Origin: Octopus sinensis
Taxonomy: Eukaryota
Assembly (NCBI RefSeq): GCF_006345805.1
Contig: NC_042998.1
Coordinates: forward strand, 137,144,001 to 137,208,000
Direction: 5' to 3'
Length of the DNA: 64,000 bases
Shown here: positions 55,615 through 64,000 of the stretch, piece by piece
How positions within the stretch are numbered: the first letter of the stretch is position 1
Layout: each line of letters opens with the position of its first letter
Notes under the pieces: generated by a model
What the model was told of the DNA's origin: nothing
The model's database searches: none
What the model saw: only the letters and a program-made list of their open reading frames with translations
Translations under genes and position numbers: made by a program

Positions 55615-57241
55615 TTCCGGTGTTATTCAAGGTATACGTGAGTCATTTTTGACGGTATTTTCAGTAGTAACATCGTTTTGTTTTTGTATCAGTGTTTTAA
55701 ACATTTCGTTAATTATTTTTGTGTTGCTTTGCAGCAATTTGTCTGTGCTTTCTCTCCTCGTTTGAGGAAAGTTAGCTATGGATAGAAAGGACAATTTATC
55801 TTATTCAGACCTTAGTGGGTCTGAATTATCATCGTCTGAAGAGGAACTAGTACTATCAGTAAAAAAATGAATAGCCAATTAAAGAAGAAAAGTTTTGCGC
55901 AAGTGGCGGAATTTGCGAATAAGGAGTGGATCTGTCAATATTGAAAAGTTATAAGATGATACACAGAGAAGGGGGAGACGTAAAGTTATCGCCACCCCAT
56001 GAAGTAATAAAAAATATGCAGGAAAGGACTATTGTGTACAAAGTATATTCTGTAGAAGATAAGAGAATTGAAATTGTATCAGCGGAGAAAATTGAAAAAG
56101 CCTTGAAGTCAATATGGCAAGATATGTTATATCTTGCCAGAGGAAGTCGATATGGATCAGTGGAGGTTCACTTTAAAGAGGCAGCAAAGGTAAAGCAACA
56201 CTTGGCAACCCCGTTAAGGATGAAAAGTATGGTCTTCTTACCCACATACCTTGGAAGGAGAGCTTCCAGGATTAGGGTAGAGGGGATCCCACTCGAAATA
56301 GATGTGGCTTAGGTAGCGGCGGCTATACCTCTAAGCAGCGAAGGGGAAATAGCCGTTCTCCAAATCATGAAAACAGAAACAACCAATTGGAAAGGACAAA
56401 CGTTGGATATAATTATACAAAGTTCAACAGAAAACCTAGAAAAAGTGGTGGAAACAGTAACAGTTGGTGGAGGGCAGAATCCCTCGATGTTTCAAATGTG
56501 ACCAAAAGGGGCGCATTAGAGTGGACTACCCTTCACCGACTGAGAAAAATCAGGAAGAATTCAGGAAGGCACCAGAGAAGGTGGAGGAAATACAAATAAA
56601 CAACGACGAGCCGTAGAAAGTGGTAGAAAAGAAAAAACAGAGGAAGAGAAAGAAAGCAGGTCAGACTGAATGGGAATAGACACCGAGTCTACCCATTCCC
56701 CTCCGACACGAAAACAAAAAAAAAAGAAACATACACACAAGAAATCTCAAACTCCCTCCCTCCAGACAAAAAAGACATGTCCAGTAATCATGACTGACGA
56801 TTCAAACGAGGATCTGTGTAAAGAAATACTGAAGTGGGATGACTTTAAGGCGGTAGGAAGTGAAGGGTTTGATAATGTTAAGACGCTGCACCGTTGTGTG
56901 CTACCTACGGAGGAACAGTTGGAGAGAGTTCTGAAACATAAAAGTGGACACAGGTGGTGGGAGATAGAGATGGATAGGAAGGAGCTACCGAGATTTTCGG
57001 CGTACGAGGAGATGTTAGAACTATATGGGGTTGACATTCTAGAATGAACGGGGTACAAAAGATGATAAAGGGTAGAAATAGGGTAACCCAAAAGTGGGGC
57101 TGAGTGCACCATTCCATTTATTCATTTTCGTGTTACCATTCATCTTTGTCATACATTGTTTTTTGTTTTATCGTTCTGTGTCCCCACATGTGATGTGTTG
57201 TCCCCTCTATGTTGGCCCCGCTGATGGGCAATAAAGAGTCA
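55615..57241 (+). pseudogene. ORF1-only L1/Tx1-type retroelement B (disrupted ORF1, about 55778-57047) inserted in a SINE-1 head
   Basis: RTIVYKVYSVE..LPTYLGRRA.RIRVEGI aligns with element A (RTITYRTWCVE..LPSYCGRRAVRMRINRI). Decayed knuckle EGRIPRCFKCDQKGRIRVDYP; 3' end GGCCCCGCTGATGGGCAATAAAG. ~16-bp TSD AGAAACGCCAGCACGC (55599-55614) / AGAAACGTTAGCAGGC (57242-57257). Confidence 0.78.
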
Positions 57242-57790
57242 AGAAACGTTAGCAGGCCGAGCGAAATGCTTAGCGGTATTTCGTCCGCCATTACGTTCTG
57301 AGTTCAAATTCCGCCGAGGTCGACTTTCGGGGTCGATTAAATAAGAACCAGTTACACACTGAGGTCGATATAATCGACTTAATCCATGTTTCTGTCCTTG
57401 TTTGTCCCCTCTGTGTTTAGCCCCTTGTGGGTAGTAAAGAAATAGGTATTTCGTCTGCCGCTACGTTCTGAGTTCAAATTCCGCCGAGGTTGGCTTTGCC
57501 TTTCATCTTTTCGGGGTCGATTAAATAAGTACCAGTTACGAACTGGGGTCGATATAATCGACTTAATCCGTTTGTCTGTCCTTGCTTGTCCCCTCTCTGT
57601 TTAGCCCTTTGTGGGTAGTAAAGAATTAGGTATTTCATCTGTCTTTACGTTCTGAGTTCAAATTCCGCCGAGGTCGACTTTGCCTTTCCTTCTTTCGGGG
57701 TCGATAAATTAAGTACCAGTTGCGTACTGGGGTCGATCTAATCGACCAGCCCCCTTCCCAAAAATTTCGGGCCTTAAGCCTAGAGTAGAA
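57242..57790 (+). repeat. Tandem SINE-1 array (three bodies, about 180-bp period)
   Basis: Bodies restart at GGTATTTC at about 57275, 57445 and 57629, separated by a ~64-bp tail ending GTGGGTAGTAAAGAAATA. Confidence 0.88.
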
Positions 57791-57919
57791 AAGAATTTGC
57801 CGGCCTTTGAATTAACGAATAACAATTGTTTCAAATTTTGGCTCAAATCCATCAGAATTTGCCGGCCTTTGAATTAACGAATAACAATTGTTTCAAATTT
57901 TGGCTCAAATCCATCAGTT

Positions 57920-59340
57920 TTGAAGGCAGTGGGTTAGTCGATTACATTGGCACTTTATTTTGTCGACCTCAAAGGATGAGAAGCAAAGTTGACTTCGGCA
58001 ATAGTTGGTCTCAGAACGTAAATAGCTGGATCAAATGCCTCTAATTATTTTGTCTCTTAATGACCCTGCCAGCTTGTCACCTTACGGTTAAGGTAACAAT
58101 AAAGGCTTCAAATTTTAGTACTAGCTCAGCAATTTTAGGGTTACTCGATTACGCCGACCCCAGTGCTTAGCTGGTACTTCATTTTATCAACCTTCGAAAA
58201 GATGAAAGACAAATTGGGCTACGGCAGAATTTGAACTCAGATCGTAAAGAGCCAGAAGAAATTCCGCTAGGCATTTTCTGCGATGCGTTTATGACACTGC
58301 CAGCTCAACATCATATGGTTAAGGGATAATCCTTTAGACTATAGGCATAAGGCCAGGAATTTGTGGGGAGGGGCTTGTCGATTACAATGCTTAGCTGATA
58401 CTTATTTTACCGACCCCGAAAGGCATGAAAAGCAAAGTCGACCTCGGCGGAATTTGAATTCAGTACGCAAAGCATGAAGAAATGCCGCTAAGCATTATGC
58501 CCAGTACGCTAACGATTCTTATTTCTTTATCGCCCACAAGGGGCTAAACATAGAGAGGACAAACAAGGAAAGACAAAGGTATTAAGTTGATTATATCGAC
58601 CCCAGTGCGTAACTGGTACTTATTTAATCGACTCCGAAAGGATAAAAAGCAAAGTCGACCTTGGCGAAATTTGAACTCAGAACGTAAAGACAGACGAAAT
58701 ACCTATTTCTTTACTCCCCACAAGGGGCTAAACACAGAGAGGACAAACAAGGACAGACAAACGGATTAAGTCGATTATATCGACCCCAGTGCGTAACTGG
58801 TACTTATTTAATCGATCCCGAAAGGATGAAAGGCAAAGTCGACCTCGGCGGAATTTGAACTCAGAACGTAGTGGCAGACGAAATACTACTAAACATTTCG
58901 CCCGACGTGCTAACGTTTCTGCAGCTCGTCGCCCTATGGTTACTGGATAATATTAGTTTCAAATTTTGGCACAAAGCTAAAAATTTTGGAGAAAAGGCTA
59001 AGTCGATTATATCGATACCGGTGCTCAACTGATTCTTATCTTATCGACCTCCAAAGGATGAAAGGTAAAGTCAACTTCGGCGGAATTTGTACTCAAAACA
59101 TAAAGATAGCCGAAATACCTATTTCTTTACTACCCACATAGAGGACAAACAAGGACAGACAAACGGATTAAGTTGATTATATCGACCCCAGTGCGTAACT
59201 GATACTTATTTAATCGACTCCGATAGGATGAAAGGCAAAGTCGGCCTCGGCGGAATATGAACTCAGAACGTAGCAGCAGACGAAATACCGTAGAGCATTC
59301 TGTCCGGGATGCTAACGACTCTGCAAGTTCGCTGCCCAAT
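57920..59340 (-). repeat. Reverse-oriented SINE-1 copies and tandem arrays
   Basis: Tails at about 58519-58585, 58704-58768 and 59117-59170; heads at about 58920 and 59335. Confidence 0.85.
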
Positions 59341-59939
59341 AGTTAATGAATAATATTATTATTACTTTTGGTAAATTTCTCCCCTCCAGTCACCTGTGGA
59401 AGAATTTGAACTCAGTATTGCAATCTAATGAAACATCCATCTGTTGTATATTGTTTTTGCTGTTTCATTAAATGTAGTATACCTTGGAGTGGTGGATGAG
59501 GAGGAGAGTGATATTGGAACTGAAACCGAAGAAATTAAAACTGAATGTTAATTTTTATTAACTCTTATTCAAATGTCATTTTTTAAAAGAGAAAGCGTTT
59601 TAAATTTTCAATGTAATTTTTTTTTTTTCGATTTTCTTCTCGACCTACCAATCAAACTTTATTAATGTATCTCGGGTTTCATCGGTTTTAGAATAACAAA
59701 TTGGAAAATAGAAAAATCAATAAAGAAAATTTCCCTGGTGATGTAATATTATTGAAATGAATTCATTTACGAAGGAGAGAAGCACTATATTATTTAAAAT
59801 ACAGTTGTTAGATTGGTTTTCAATGAAGCATATGCAGCCATTAGCTGATACATTGTCACGTTCTTTATGTAATAGGAAAAAAAATTTTTTAACCACTAAA
59901 TTTATTTACTGAGCATCTAAACTTCATCTTTCATAGCAC

Positions 59940-60361
59940 GGATCTTTTCGGTTTGAACGGCAGTTTTCTTAAAATAATTTCCACGTAACTAAACACTTTT
60001 AAACTTCGTATACTGGTAGAATGTGTTTAGAAAACATATTTTTCTCTTGGCTTTATTGAGAAAATTCTATAGCTTGTAAGATATTTGTTGTTTTTTTTCT
60101 TTTCTTCAATTTCTGCAATTTCAACCAATCAATGACGTCTATTGAGGTGAAAACATTCTGTGCCGTATGAATATGTCCCTCGTTTAAGAAACAGATCGGG
60201 TTTATTTATATTTGTGAAGAAAAAAGATACCCTTCTCCCCACCCCTAACCCTAAGCCTAAAACAGATTGAAATGCAATAGATCGATACTAGGGTCATAAT
60301 TATGGGCGACAATTTCATATGACACCGCATGAAAAAACTGCCGTTCAAACCGAAAAGATCC
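59940..60361. mobile_element. TTAGGG-containing MITE, copy 4
   Basis: TIRs; TSD CATAGCAC/CGTAGCGC (two CpG-type transitions). Confidence 0.88.
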
Positions 60362-61207
60362 CGTAGCGCTAAATACTGTGTGTCTAAACTTCATGAACAA
60401 CTTCTGTAGCACTATTAAGCTGCATATCGTTATATATTAGTTGCATATTCTTTAATTTGGACTTCGAACCAAACAATGCTTTTCTCTAATAGGGAACTTA
60501 TCTCTCGCTGGCGAATAATCGTCACCATACATTTATAAATAATACTTTTCCAGGAAAGGTCATCTTTATGTCATCGCTGTTGCTTAGTCCCATAACAGAC
60601 CTGATGGTCAATCCATGATCATCCTGTCTTTATCTGAACAGTACATCTGCGACTATGTTATTCCCTTTTTAAGACAATTAAATATCGTATGAGTAGGATT
60701 TTAGGTGGTAGCGTAGAGGTCCCCTAGTTGGGTCTCTTTTATGTTAGATTTGTTACACTACTGACGAATAAGCCAATATAATACAGAAAATAATACAAAA
60801 CAGAATGATATGAATCCATAGAACTTCAACATTGCAATGTAAGTTAAAGAAGATATCGTTTCCAACCACATTTTTGCTCCCAGTGAAAGAAGCTCTCCAG
60901 ACCTGAGTGTTGTAATTCATACAAGCGTTACAGATATACAAGCACTACGGGTATACAAGCACGGCAAGTATATTTATAGTTCCTACAAATCCAGTTACAT
61001 AAGGCTAACTTGTGATTTATAATAACACCATTACTATATTTATAGTTCCTGCAAATCCAGTTACATAAGCAAAGCTACTCCACAACATTTGCATTTCGTT
61101 AATCATTCCCTGCCACAAACACACACTCACACACACATACATGCAAACATACATACATATGTGTGTATATGTATATAAATATATATATATATGTGTGTGT
61201 GTGTGTA

Positions 61208-61250
<43 letters not shown>

Positions 61251-61429
61251 ATACATATTTATATATATATATTCTTTTACTGTTTTGTTTCAGTCATTTA
61301 ACTGCAGCCATACTGGAGCACTGCCTTTACACACACATAAATATATATAAGATATATGTAAATAAGATATATATATATATGTGTGTGTGTATATATGTAT
61401 ATATATATATGTGTGTGTGTGCATATATG

Positions 61430-61535
<106 letters not shown>

Positions 61536-61677
61536 ACATGGGCAATTATTTCTTGACTTGGGATTCACGGTCAAATGGCTAGGTGGAATTGCGCGAAATA
61601 TTACACAGATGTGTAGAATGATTCGGTGGTGATGCTGGGCTTTGTATTTTTCATAGCTCGCATGGTTACCGAGATAA

Positions 61678-62149
61678 TCTACTATATTAATACTCTTGTG
61701 TTTATGAATGAGAAAGGAAGGGGTGATACATGAATAAGGAAGGAAGGTGGCATGTCATACATGGTAGTGGGATGTTGTTACACACACATATATTCAACTC
61801 TGTGTGAATATATGTGTGTATGTAAAAGGGGAGTGTGTGAATGTATGTGTGTGTGTGTTTATGTATGTATGTAAAAGGGGGTATGTGAATGTGTGTGCAA
61901 AGGAAGTGGGATGGTTCATCTTTGTTCGCTTAGTATTTGCGCTATTTTTGATTTAGTCGAATCTTGGTTGGGTTTTTGTTTTGTTTTATTTTGGGTGGTC
62001 AATTATTTTTAGCGTTTTGACAGAAAAAAAGCCATTCTAAAATTGTTTTTTTGGCGTAAACGTGCCCAAACAAGTCGAATGCTTACACAGAGCAGGCTTT
62101 ACAGCCACATCATCCAAACCAACCGGGTGAAACCGGGCTTGGCTGCTAG
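61678..62149 (+). mobile_element. Probable non-autonomous Helitron
   Basis: 3' CCGGGTGAAACCGG hairpin then CTAG|T at 62146-62150; candidate 5' A|TCTACTATATTAAT at 61678. Confidence 0.55.
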
Positions 62150-62239
62150 TATATATATATATATATATATGAAATATACATACATTTACATACATATATG
62201 AAATATATATTTATATAAAATATATATAATATATATGGA

Positions 62240-62279
<40 letters not shown>

Positions 62280-62391
62280 CATATATAAGATATATACATA
62301 TATAAGATTTATATATCTATGATATATATATATATATATATATATATGATATATGTATATATATATGAGACATATATATAGCATATATATT

Positions 62392-62422
<31 letters not shown>

Positions 62423-62507
62423 ATGTATAAAATATATATATGCATAAGATATATATATATAACATATATATATATGTATATATGTATAAGATATATATAT
62501 ATATATG

Positions 62508-62568
<61 letters not shown>

Positions 62569-63294
62569 TATTTATAAGATATATATGTGTGGTGGGGGGT
62601 GAAATATAAATATCTAAGATATATATATATATGTATGTAAAAAATCAATTTCTTGTTGGTACCTTATGCTCTACTTGGAGTTAAACGATTCAGAAGATAC
62701 GCCAGTGTTAGAAATCACTGTGAGATATATTCAGGAATATTTTTGAGTCAGAGGTTAGATATACCAATTTCAGTATGAAAATGGAGAATAATGTAGAGGA
62801 ATGGCAGTATGATACGAAGCTTACTTCCCAACCACAGGGCTCTGAGTTCAGTCCCACTGCATGGCTCCTTGAGCAAATGTCTTCACTATAGCCTCGGAGC
62901 GATGAAAGCATTTTTAATGGATATGGTAGACGGAAACTGAAAGAAGCTCGTAGTATATACCTGTGTTTATGTCTTTACGTTTGTGTTTGTCCCCTTCACT
63001 ACCGCTTGACAGAGAAGTTATAGGAGGAGTTACACAAACGAGAAATTTGTGTTATTTAATTTTAAAGTAATATATTTTTCTTTTCTTTTATATGTATACA
63101 TTACCTTAAAACATGTATACTTTAAGGTAATGTATACCTTAAAGTATACATGTCTTAAGGTAATGTATATTCTTCCATAATTTTATCTTAAAGTAATGTA
63201 TATTAGCATTTATTTTCTCATTTTGTATAACGACCAAGAAATTTTATAAAACTTAGATTATGATCATTATACATTTTCCATATTATTTCCTTAT

Positions 63295-63580
63295 TTTACT
63301 CATGATGGTAAAAACTATTCTGTACCAATGATTCTTCCCCGTAGAAATTACGAAGCAATCAGATACCATCGTCTGGTGTGAGGAAAAGAAAATAGCAAAT
63401 TTGGTCGACGGTTCCCCCATAAAAATAACGTGCACACCACTCGAACTCGAAAGAGTGACCGGCATGGATATCTCCTCGAAGAATGAAAAGACACTGACTG
63501 GAAAACTGAACATTATTCAATTGAAGTTGGATGTATAGGATTACTTGGAAGCAACATGAGGCTGTAGTAGTTGTCTTCTT
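63295..63580 (+). pseudogene. Degenerate restriction-like endonuclease fragment of an RLE non-LTR element (NeSL/Hero/R2 group)
   Basis: ...DTIVWCEEKK.. and, after a frameshift, DWKTEHYSIEVGCIG, resembling the PD..W...K and W....IEVGCRG motifs. Confidence 0.5.
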
Positions 63581-64000
63581 CTTCTTCCAGTCAGAATTCA
63601 CGCCTTTAGCCACAAAAAATAATCTCTAATTCGAGCCTACTCTAAGCTACTAAGAATGTGTGTGGCAACTTGAAGATCCACCCACAACACGCGATTGACT
63701 GGCGGTTGCACGGGCGCGAAAGCTACGTTGTATTCCTCATTCCGTAAACATTGGCTGAGCTGAACCAGTACAGAGGATTCGTAATCTAAACTAGGGTCTG
63801 AAAGTTTACCACACCAAAGTGGGTTACACCATGGTTTCTCTGCTTTGTGACAGAAGTAGGAAGAAAGAGTGAGAGAAAGTTGTGGGGAAAGAGTACAACG
63901 GGGTTCACCCACCTGCCCGCCGGAGCCTCGTGGAGCTGAGGTGTTTTTGCTCAATAAACACTCACAATGCCCGGTCTGGGAATTGAAACCGCGTTCTTAC

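Noticed and set aside
57242-57790. Regular repeat-spacer periodicity resembling a CRISPR array
   Set aside because: Both parts repeat (no unique spacers), the unit is a SINE body plus tail, and the context is eukaryotic with no cas genes.

Overview
AT-rich, microsatellite-dense animal genomic DNA. The tRNA-derived SINE families and the (TA)n/(CA)n/(TATG)n/(GATA)n load point to an octopus or other cephalopod genome (inference). No host protein-coding gene could be supported: most listed ORFs are microsatellite read-throughs or antisense shadows of transposon ORFs. The window is a transposon mosaic. It holds a maT/DD37D transposase relic, a near-full-length R4/Dong-type RLE retrotransposon in a (TAA)n tract, a 5'-truncated CR1 and a decayed RTE with C-terminal C2H2 fingers. 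It also holds Helitron relics and non-autonomous Helitrons, pogo and mariner relics, and four copies of a GG-ended MITE with 8-bp TSDs and TTAGGG repeats. A Penelope-like element carries inverted terminal repeats, and there are two ORF1-only L1/Tx1-type elements. The most interesting signals are four. (1) A minimal type-I hammerhead ribozyme with a compensated U3-A8 core in both Penelope repeats. (2) ORF1-only Tx1/L1-like elements and SINE units share one 3' tail and join the same point of a SINE's tRNA-like head, suggesting a SINE-targeting retrotransposition system that builds SINE tandem arrays. (3) Fold-back structures sit at retroelement ends. (4) Several long palindromes are present.
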